Below are positions 9,821 through 17,766 of a stretch of 64,000 nucleotides of DNA, in pieces. Every line of letters starts with the position of its first letter. The first letter of the stretch is position 1. Under the pieces are notes generated by a model. That model had not been told where the DNA came from and did not search any database. It saw nothing but the letters and a program-made list of their open reading frames with translations. The stretch comes from Nitrospirota bacterium. GTDB taxonomy: Bacteria > Nitrospirota > UBA9217. The stretch is from assembly GCA_963840455.1 (NCBI GenBank), contig CAWIYV010000004.1:128001-192000 (forward strand), given 5' to 3'. The position numbers were made by a program, and so were the translations under genes.

Positions 9821-9843
9821 TACTACAGATAAATGGTGCATTT

Positions 9844-11838
9844 ATGAAATTCTTTAAATCATCGGAAAATTCTCTGCAGGACAAAGACCTGGAAGACCTG
9901 CGCAGGAGGCTCGCGGAAGCGCGCCTGCCTGGCGCGGTGGAAAAGATCGCGGGCCAGGAAATGGACATCCTGTCCAAGGTCAGCCCTGCCTCTGCCGAGT
10001 TCACCATCGGCCTCACCTACATCGATTACCTTCTTTCCCTCCCCTGGAACATAAAGACCGAGGACAACCTGGATATCGGCCGCGCCGAGAAGATCCTGAA
10101 CGAGAACCACTACGGCCTGGACCGCATCAAGGAACGCGTGCTGGAGCATCTCGCGGTCAAGGTCCTCAGGATGAACCGGCAGGCCCGCGTCCTCATCGTC
10201 GATGACGAGGAGATCGCCCGGAAGAACCTTTCCCACGTGTTAGCCAAGGAACAGTATTACGTCGTCACGGCACCGGATGCGGAACACGGGCTCGGGGAAC
10301 TGGAGCGTTCGGAGTTCGATGTCGTGCTCACCGACCTCAAGATGGGCAAGGTGAGCGGCATGGACCTCCTGGAAACGGTCCGCCGAAAGCACCCGGAGAC
10401 GCGGGTCATCATCGTGACCGGCTACGCGACGGTCCCGTCGGCCATCGAGGCCATGAAGAAAGGGGCGTTCCACTACATCACTAAACCCTACAAACTCGAC
10501 GAAGTGCGGGACACCGTAAAGCAGGCACTGGAAAAAAGGGCCCTCCGTGCAAGCAGCCGGGGGACCGTGCTCTGCTTCGCGGGCCCACCCGGGACCGGCA
10601 AGACATCCCTCGGCAGGTCCATCGCTTTGGCGCTGGGCAGGAAGTTCGCGCGCATTTCCCTCGGCGGGATGAAGGACGAGGCGGACATCCGGGGTCACCG
10701 GCGGACCTACGTCGGCGCCCGGCCGGGCAGGATCATCGAGGAGATCCGGCGCGTCGAGTCGGCCAACCCGGTGATCATGCTCGACGAGCTGGACAAGATC
10801 GGCCAGGACTTCAAAGGCGACCCGGCGTCGGCGCTCCTGGAGGTCCTGGACCCGGAGCAGAACCGCGCCTTCGTGGACCACTACCTGGACGCGCCCTTCG
10901 ACCTTTCGAGCGTCATGTTCATTGTGACCGCGAACGTACTGGAGGGGATCCCGGCGCCGCTGCGCGACCGCATGGAGGTCATCGAGTTTTCGGGCTACAC
11001 GCAGGAGGAGAAGGCGCAAATCGCCGCGCGGTATCTGGTCCCCAAGCAGGTCCGTGACAAGGGGCTGTCGCCGGACCAGGTCGTGTTCACCGCTGATGCC
11101 GTGGACATGATCATCCACGAGCACACCCACGAGGCGGGCATCCGGAACCTGGAACGGAAGCTCGCGACGGTCTGCCGCAAGATCGCCAAGGGATCGCTCG
11201 CCGAGAAGGGCCGCCGCACGGTCAGGGTGGACAAGGAGGCCGTGGAGAGCTATCTCGGGCGGCGGAAGTACCATCATGACGTTGTGGAGGAGCACGACCG
11301 GGTGGGCGTCGCAACCGGCCTGGTGCGCACCGAGACCGGCGGCGACATCATATTCGTGGAAGCGGCGAAAATGAAGGGCAGGAAGGAACTGATCATCACG
11401 GGCTCGCTCGGCGACGTGATGCGCGAGTCCGCCCAGGCGGCGCTGTCGTACATCCGGAGCAATGCCGGGGCCTTCGGAATCGCCGACGATTTCTTCGAGA
11501 ACCAGGACATTCATATCCATGTGCCATCGGGCGCGGTCCAGAAGGACGGCCCCTCGGCGGGCATCACCATCGCCATGGCCGCTCTTTCCCTGCTGACCGG
11601 CCGCCCGGCCAAACGGGACGTGGCGCTCTCCGGCGAGATCACGCTCACCGGCCGGGTCCTGCCCGTGGCCGGGATCCGGGAGAAGGTGCTTGCGGCAAAG
11701 CGGGCGCGGGTCACGACGGTCGTCTTCCCTGCGAAGAACCGGGCCGACGTGGAGGAACTTCCCGAGAGCATCCGGCAGGGCATCACCATCCGTCTTGTCG
11801 ACACCGTGTCCGAGGTTGCGGACATCGTGCTGGTTTGA
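9844..11838 (+). CDS. lon: Lon (S16) protease lacking the N-terminal domain, with an inserted response-regulator receiver domain
   Basis: HYGLDRIKERVLE, receiver at about 10183..10540, GPPGTGKT, IMLDE, catalytic DGPSAG and REK. Confidence 0.92.
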   Translation: MKFFKSSENSLQDKDLEDLRRRLAEARLPGAVEKIAGQEMDILSKVSPASAEFTIGLTYIDYLLSLPWNIKTEDNLDIGRAEKILNENHYGLDRIKERVLEHLAVKVLRMNRQARVLIVDDEEIARKNLSHVLAKEQYYVVTAPDAEHGLGELERSEFDVVLTDLKMGKVSGMDLLETVRRKHPETRVIIVTGYATVPSAIEAMKKGAFHYITKPYKLDEVRDTVKQALEKRALRASSRGTVLCFAGPPGTGKTSLGRSIALALGRKFARISLGGMKDEADIRGHRRTYVGARPGRIIEEIRRVESANPVIMLDELDKIGQDFKGDPASALLEVLDPEQNRAFVDHYLDAPFDLSSVMFIVTANVLEGIPAPLRDRMEVIEFSGYTQEEKAQIAARYLVPKQVRDKGLSPDQVVFTADAVDMIIHEHTHEAGIRNLERKLATVCRKIAKGSLAEKGRRTVRVDKEAVESYLGRRKYHHDVVEEHDRVGVATGLVRTETGGDIIFVEAAKMKGRKELIITGSLGDVMRESAQAALSYIRSNAGAFGIADDFFENQDIHIHVPSGAVQKDGPSAGITIAMAALSLLTGRPAKRDVALSGEITLTGRVLPVAGIREKVLAAKRARVTTVVFPAKNRADVEELPESIRQGITIRLVDTVSEVADIVLV

Positions 11839-11852
11839 TGAGCAATAGCTTT

Positions 11853-11925
11853 GACACTGATGACACTGGGTAAAGCTATGAAACATCCTGACCTCCGTAA
11901 ATGCCCTCTCAGTGTCCTCAGTGTC
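11853..11925. repeat. Inverted pair of 9-nt tandem repeats (GACACTGA type)
   Basis: GACACTGATGACACTG ... CAGTGTCCTCAGTGTC. Confidence 0.7.
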
Positions 11926-11955
11926 GGTAGGTAACTTTCAAATCTGATCTAGACC

Positions 11956-13540
11956 ATGAAAATATTCCAGCAGAGCATACGCCAGAAGGTCCGGCTCGGC
12001 TACTTCGCCGTGGTCGTCATGATCCTCGGGCTCTCCGCCTTTACGTTCTTCGAGCTCGACTTCCTCGAAAAGAAGGTCATGTCGGGCGAGGCCATCTCCG
12101 AGTTCTTCGACACCACCCTCGAGATCCGGCGGTTCGAGAAGAACTATGTCCTTTACGAGCAGCGGTCGGACTACGACGAGAACCTCCAGTACGTGAACCG
12201 CGCCGGCGAGCTGTTCGACGCCAACATTGCCGGCTTCGCCGCGGTGGCGATGCCCGACCAGATCATCGGCCTCCGGGACTCCCTCCAGCGGTACAAGTCC
12301 CTGATGGAGCAGTACGAAAAGATCATCCGGCGCCAGAAGCACCGGCCGACCGGCATCTGACAGTGCCATCAAGGTCAAGCTTGCCGGGGATATCCGCAAA
12401 ACGGGAAAGGACATCATCACGGTCACCGAGGAGATGTCGAGAGCGGAGAGAAAGAGCCTCCAGACCCTCCTCGCAAGCTCCCGGCGGGTCCTCATCATAT
12501 CCATATCCCTGCTGATCGTCCTGGTCATCATCATCGGACAGGTCCTGGCAAAGATGGTCGTGAAGCCTTTGAAGCTCATGGAACGGAACATGGAGGTCAT
12601 TGCCGAGGGGAGGTTCGAGAGCATCCGCATCGATTCGAAGGACCGCGAGGTCCTTTCCCTCACCCGGGCGTTCAACAAGATGCTGCGGGAGCTGGAGCTC
12701 CGCCAGCGCCACCTCGTCCAGTCCGAGAAGCTCGCATCCCTCGGTACGCTCCTCTCCGGCGTCGCCCACGAGCTGAACAACCCCCTCTCGAACATCTCCT
12801 CATCCAGCCAGATCCTTGCCGAGGAGATGCAGGAAATCCAAGGGCCATCCCCGGCTGAACCTCTCGGGGCCAAGGGGGTCAAGGGTCAAGGGACACCACC
12901 AGCAGCACCATTCCTTGATCCGGCATACGCCATGGAACTGGTGGCCCAGATCAACGAGCAGACGGACCGGGCGAGGAATATCGTGCGGTCGCTCCTCGAG
13001 TTCTCGCGGGACAAGGAGTTCAAGAACGGGCAGCTGCCGCTCAGGACGCTCTTTGAAGAAACCATCCGCTTCGTCAAGGGACAGCTCCCCCCCTCAGTGT
13101 CCGTCACGCTGGACATCCCCGACGAACTTGTCATTACCGCGGACAAACAGCGCATCCAGCAGGCATTCCTCAACCTGATCAAGAACGGCATCGATGCGAT
13201 CTCCGGTGAAGGCTCGATCGCCATCAGGGCGAGGATGCACCATGCCATCGACAAGGCGGGTGATGACACGGGGATCTACAACTACCTGAAGTACCGCGGC
13301 AAGTGCACGCTTGAGGACGACACGGTGGACATCGAGATCCGGGACACGGGCGAGGGCATCCGCGTAGACCTGCTGCCGAAGGTCTTCGACCCATTCTTCA
13401 CGACCAAGGACGTGGGAAAAGGGTCCGGCCTCGGGCTCTTCATCGTCCACGAGATCATCGAGGAGCACGACGGCTGCATCGCCGTGGACAGTGAGCCGGG
13501 CAAGGGCACAACCTTCCTGATCAGATTGCCCGTGAAATGA
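11956..13540 (+). pseudogene. Sensor histidine kinase 2; one +1 frameshift near 12330-12355 (pseudogene or sequencing error)
   Basis: 11956..12360 (TM, IRRFEKNY) joins the frame of 12434..13540 via ASDSAIKVKLAGDIRKTGKDII; AHELNNPL; HATPase. Confidence 0.85.
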
Positions 13541-13597
13541 AAAGACCGACACGGAGACGCGGGGACAGGGGGACTCGGAGAAAAGGTAAAACGGCGG

Positions 13598-13739
13598 GAA
13601 CACGAATGACACTAATGTACAAATGACACGAATAGACCCCTTGAACTTCTGGGGTCTGAAGCAATACCAAATGCTGTATCTTTAATGCTGTTCCTCAGGA
13701 GTTCATTCGTGCTATTCGTCCATTCGTGCTATTCGTGTT
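13598..13739. repeat. CACGAAT-type inverted tandem-repeat element, empty copy
   Basis: GAACACGAATGACACTAATGTACAAATGACACGAAT ... ATTCGTGCTATTCGTCCATTCGTGCTATTCGTGTT. Confidence 0.85.
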
Positions 13740-13792
13740 ACTGATGTGTATTGCTCTTCGATTCACATCATCTGCAAAAGGAAGAACTGAAC

Positions 13793-15154
13793 ATGGACAA
13801 TCACGCAAAACTATTGATCATCGACGACGAGCGGGTGGCGCTCAAGAACCTCGAGCATGTGATGAAGAAAGAAGGCTACGAGGTCACAGCGACGCAGAGC
13901 GGCCAGAACGCGCTCAAGCTCCTGGAGGAGCAGCAGTTCGACGTCGTGCTGACGGACCTCAAGATGGAGAAAGTGGACGGTCTCCAGGTCCTGAGGCGTT
14001 GCCGTGAGCTCTACCCCGACACCGAGGTGATCATGATCACCGGCTTCGCCACGCTCCAGTCAGCCGTGGACGCCATGAAGCACGGCGCCTTCTACTATAT
14101 CGCCAAGCCCTTCAAGCTCGATGAGGTGCGCAAGGTCGTGAAGGAGGCCGTGCACAAGGTGGTCCTCAAGCGGGAGAACCGCCACCTCCGCGAACAGCTC
14201 GAAAGCTACCAGGGCAAGGTGAAGATCATCACCCAGGACCCGGCCATGCAGAAGCTCCTCGACGTGGCCCGCCAGGTGGCGCCCGTGGACACCAACATCC
14301 TGGTCTCCGGCGAGAGCGGCACCGGCAAGGAGCTTTTCGCGCGGTACCTCCATATGAACAGCGCCCGGGCCGCGGGCCCGTTCTTCGCCATCAACTGCGG
14401 CGCCTTCACCGAGGAACTGCTGACCAACGAGCTCTTCGGTCACGAGAAGGGGTCGTTCACCGGCGCAGCGCACATGAAGAGAGGCCTGATCGAGATGGCC
14501 TCGGGCGGCACCCTCTTCCTCGACGAGGTCACCGAGATGCCGACGTCCATGCAGGTGAAGCTCCTGCGGGTCATCCAGGAGCGGGAAATGCTGCGCGTCG
14601 GCGGCACCGAGCCGGTGAAGGTCGATGTGCGGCTGGTTGCCGCGACGAACCTGGACGTCCAGGAGGCGGTCAGGACCGGCGCCTTCCGGCAGGACCTCTA
14701 CTTCCGGCTGAACGTGGTCTCGCTCCGCATCCCGCCCCTCTCGGCGAGGAAGGACGACATCCCCCTGCTCTCCTATTTTTTCCTGAAAAAATACGCGACA
14801 CTGATGAAAAAGCCGGTGACCGAGATATCGGACGAGGTGGTCTCCCTGCTCATGAACTACGACTTCCCGGGCAACGTCCGGGAGCTGGAGAACATCATCG
14901 AGCGCGGCGTGGCGCTCGCGAACGGGAGCACCATCGAGCTGGCCCATCTGCCCGAGGACCTGAAGGAGCTGAGCATCAAGACCTTCCGGAAGAAGGAAGG
15001 CAAGATCCCCTCGCTGGATGAGCAGGAAGAATCCTACATCAAGTGGGTCTTGAACGAATCGGGCGGCAACAAGACCCTCGCCGCCCAGGTCCTCGGCATC
15101 GACCGCGTCTCGCTCTGGCGGAAGCTCAAGAAGTACGGGCTGGCGGAGGAATAA
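13793..15154 (+). CDS. Sigma-54-dependent response regulator (NtrC family) 2
   Basis: Receiver, GESGTGKE, GSFTGA, HTH. Confidence 0.95.
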   Translation: MDNHAKLLIIDDERVALKNLEHVMKKEGYEVTATQSGQNALKLLEEQQFDVVLTDLKMEKVDGLQVLRRCRELYPDTEVIMITGFATLQSAVDAMKHGAFYYIAKPFKLDEVRKVVKEAVHKVVLKRENRHLREQLESYQGKVKIITQDPAMQKLLDVARQVAPVDTNILVSGESGTGKELFARYLHMNSARAAGPFFAINCGAFTEELLTNELFGHEKGSFTGAAHMKRGLIEMASGGTLFLDEVTEMPTSMQVKLLRVIQEREMLRVGGTEPVKVDVRLVAATNLDVQEAVRTGAFRQDLYFRLNVVSLRIPPLSARKDDIPLLSYFFLKKYATLMKKPVTEISDEVVSLLMNYDFPGNVRELENIIERGVALANGSTIELAHLPEDLKELSIKTFRKKEGKIPSLDEQEESYIKWVLNESGGNKTLAAQVLGIDRVSLWRKLKKYGLAEE

Positions 15155-15282
15155 TCGGCCTGATGGACCCGGCAGGATGCCGCCGCTCAGCCCCGGGTAG
15201 GCGCACTGCACATCCAACAAAATGATCGAGCTGGTCCAGGCGTTCAAATTACTGCACATCACACAGAGAAAGGGAAATGATC

Positions 15283-15729
15283 ATGTCCACAAACGCCGTC
15301 AGACTACACCGTGTACTTCGTGCGGCGCCCGAAAGAGTCTATCGGGCATTTCTCGATGCCGACGCAATGGCTAAATGGCTTCCTCCGAATGGGTTCACCG
15401 GCAAGGTCCACCATGTTGACGCCAAAGTCGGCGGCACCTATAAGATGTCGTTCACGAACTTCTCGACAGGCCATAGCCACTCCTTTGGCGGAAAGTACCT
15501 TGAACTGGTTCCCCATGAACGCATCCGCCACACGGACAGGTTCGACGACCCCAACCTGCCCGGGGAAATGCTGACAACTGTTTCCCTAAGGCGGGTATCC
15601 GTCGGAACTGAGCTGGACATCGTGCAGGAAGGGATCCCCGAAGCCATCCCGCCAGAGGCCTGCTACCTCGGCTGGCAGGAATCGCTCACTTTGCTTGCGC
15701 AGCTTGTCGAGGCAGAGATCCCAGGGTGA
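15283..15729 (+). CDS. SRPBCC/AHSA1-like protein
   Basis: APERVYRAF...KWLPP...GWQESL pattern. Confidence 0.85.
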   Translation: MSTNAVRLHRVLRAAPERVYRAFLDADAMAKWLPPNGFTGKVHHVDAKVGGTYKMSFTNFSTGHSHSFGGKYLELVPHERIRHTDRFDDPNLPGEMLTTVSLRRVSVGTELDIVQEGIPEAIPPEACYLGWQESLTLLAQLVEAEIPG

Positions 15730-15738
15730 CAAGGGTAC

Positions 15739-15805
15739 GCCTAACCCATCGTTCAACCCGGACCCAGGCGCAAGCGCCTGGTCCGGTCAAATTCTTCCGT
15801 TCAGT
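15739..15805 (+). mobile_element. attC-like integron recombination site (degenerate)
   Basis: GCCTAAC ... CCGGACCCAGGCGCAAGCGCCTGGTCCGG ... GTTCAGT. Confidence 0.6.
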
Positions 15806-15850
15806 TGCCCATTGCTGGGCCACCCCCTGACCAATAAGCGAGGAATCTAA

Positions 15851-16498
15851 ATGTCAAAACTCCGCGTCCAAAGCTTTGCGATCTCAATCGACGGCTACGG
15901 TGCCGGGCCGGACCAGGACCTCCAGAATCCGCTCGGCGTCAGGGGCCCTGAGTTGATGGAGTGGTTCTTCCACACACGCCTTTGGCGGAAGATGCATGGC
16001 AATGACGATGGTGAGACGGGAGTCGATAACGGAATTGCGGAGCAAGGCTTTGCCGGTATCGGCGCCTGGATCCTTGGACGCAACATGTTCGGGCCTGTCC
16101 GGGGCCCGTGGCCGGACGAGAGTTGGAAAGGTTGGTGGGGCGACGAGCCGCCCTATCACACTCCTGTCTTCGTGCTGACCCATCACCCGCGGGCGCCGCT
16201 CAGGATGGCGGGCGGCACGGAGTTTCGGTTCGTCACCGAGGGTATTCACTCCGCTCTGCAGCAGGCAACGGATGCGGCAGGCGGCCGCGACATCAGGCTC
16301 GGCGGCGGCGTATCCACGATCCGGCAGTATCTGCGCGCCGCCCTGATTGACGAACTGCATCTTGCTATCTCGCCTGTCCTGCTCGGTTCCGGGGAGCATC
16401 TCTTGAACGGCATCGATATGCGTGCTTTGGGCTACGAATGCGCAAAGTACGTCGCGGGCGAACGTGCGGCCCACGTCTTTCTGCGCAAGCGCGCGTGA
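15851..16498 (+). CDS. Dihydrofolate reductase-like (RibD C-terminal) protein
   Basis: ISIDGY, ILGRNMF, LGGGVSTIRQYL, PVLLGSG. Confidence 0.88.
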   Translation: MSKLRVQSFAISIDGYGAGPDQDLQNPLGVRGPELMEWFFHTRLWRKMHGNDDGETGVDNGIAEQGFAGIGAWILGRNMFGPVRGPWPDESWKGWWGDEPPYHTPVFVLTHHPRAPLRMAGGTEFRFVTEGIHSALQQATDAAGGRDIRLGGGVSTIRQYLRAALIDELHLAISPVLLGSGEHLLNGIDMRALGYECAKYVAGERAAHVFLRKRA

Positions 16499-16523
16499 CC
16501 CGTCCGGCTCGCTCCGTGGGCAA

Positions 16524-16582
16524 GCTCATCCCTCATTCTAGCGGGACGCGTTAAAGCGCGCACCTTAATTCAAATGTTCTGT
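16524..16582 (+). mobile_element. attC-like site (strongly degenerate)
   Basis: ...ATTCTAGCGGGACGCGTTAAAGCGCGCACCTTAATTCAAATGTT, right length and position between cassette-like genes. Confidence 0.4.
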
Positions 16583-16595
16583 GAGAGAAAAATAC

Positions 16596-17024
16596 ATGAA
16601 AGAGACATTGAAGCCGGGGATTGAGTCAGAATTCACGTTCCGGATCCCAGGATCAAAAACGGTACCCGCGCTCTATCCCGAATCAGCCGAGTTTCAGGCA
16701 ATGCCGGAAGTCTTCGCAACCGGATACTTGGTTGGATTTCTGGAATGGGCCTGCATCAAAGCGGTCAATCCGCATCTGAATTGGCCCCAGGAGCAAACCG
16801 TAGGCACGCACATCGATGTGAGCCATATCGCCGCAACCCCGGTCGGGTTTGACGTTACCGCCAAGGTCAAGCTGATCGAAGTCGACGGTAGAAAACTGGT
16901 GTTCGAGGTCGAAGCACATGACGGCGTCGACGTGATTTCGAAGGGCACCCATGAGCGGTACGTCATCAACAAGGACAAGTTCAACTTTAAAATGAAAGAG
17001 AAGGCCGACAAGAAGCTCACATAA
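16596..17024 (+). CDS. Fluoroacetyl-CoA thioesterase-like (hotdog fold)
   Basis: VFATGYLVGFLEWAC, TVGTHIDVSHIAATPVG, GTHER. Confidence 0.85.
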   Translation: MKETLKPGIESEFTFRIPGSKTVPALYPESAEFQAMPEVFATGYLVGFLEWACIKAVNPHLNWPQEQTVGTHIDVSHIAATPVGFDVTAKVKLIEVDGRKLVFEVEAHDGVDVISKGTHERYVINKDKFNFKMKEKADKKLT

Positions 17025-17142
17025 CAAGCTGTTGTTGCTGACCATCACGCTTGCATTCCTGCCTGTGGGGCTGAAGTCGGATCAAGTGCATTGGGCGAAT
17101 ACGGGCAGGCAAGCACGCCGGCAGCTAAACGCTACGTTAGGC
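17019..17142 (+). mobile_element. attC site
   Basis: ACATAAC (contains the gene stop) ... GTTAGGC, with internal pairing GCTTG..CCTGCCTGT / ACGGGCAGGCAAGC. Confidence 0.75.
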
Positions 17143-17166
17143 CCTGGAAGTACAGAGGAGAGCACG

Positions 17167-17511
17167 ATGAGCAACGAACAGGTGGCACCTGAGACGAAAG
17201 GTGTTACGGTGAAGTTACTTGCAACGGTTGACCTTGGCCCTGAGATCGAGGGCATGGCAGGGCGCCAACTTCGAATGCGTATGGTGACCATCGAGCCTGG
17301 AGGCGTCTTCGGCCCGATTCACGACCATAAAGACAGACCAGGCACCGTCTACATACTGCAAGGAACGATCACTGACCATCGAAATGGAGTCGCTACGGAC
17401 TATGGGCCGGGAGTGGGCTGGCCCGAGGATAGGAACACCACACACTGGCTTGAGAACAGAGGAACGATTCCGGCGGTGGAGATCTCGGTCGATATAGTCA
17501 GGCAAGAGTAA
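17167..17511 (+). CDS. Cupin domain protein
   Basis: HDH...YILQG...E...HWLEN cupin pattern; GAGGAG RBS right after the attC. Confidence 0.85.
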   Translation: MSNEQVAPETKGVTVKLLATVDLGPEIEGMAGRQLRMRMVTIEPGGVFGPIHDHKDRPGTVYILQGTITDHRNGVATDYGPGVGWPEDRNTTHWLENRGTIPAVEISVDIVRQE

Positions 17512-17766
17512 GCTCAGGCCCGACCGCCCTTATCTATGACCCAGAGCAAACAAGGAAGAAGCAGGAAGATCGATTACAGGCCGGACTATCGTTAGGACGG
17601 CACGCAAGCATGCTTGCGCTTTCGTACTCTTTTTAAGAATAGCAGGCCTCAAAGGTCCAAGTCGCATTGATAAATCGAATAGAAGAGCGAACCCCGTCGC
17701 AATGATCCCACCCACGCCGTCGAGAGGGCTGCTGAGAAACGCGCTTCTCAAGGCGACATTCTCCCC

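Noticed and set aside
9618-9857. 79-aa AT-rich ORF
   Set aside because: Overlaps the divergent promoter region, has atypical composition and no RBS
12330-12360. Programmed frameshift or selenocysteine read-through in kinase 2 or Lhr
   Set aside because: The continuation is in another frame, there is no slippery heptamer, and the pattern matches the window-wide single-base insertions
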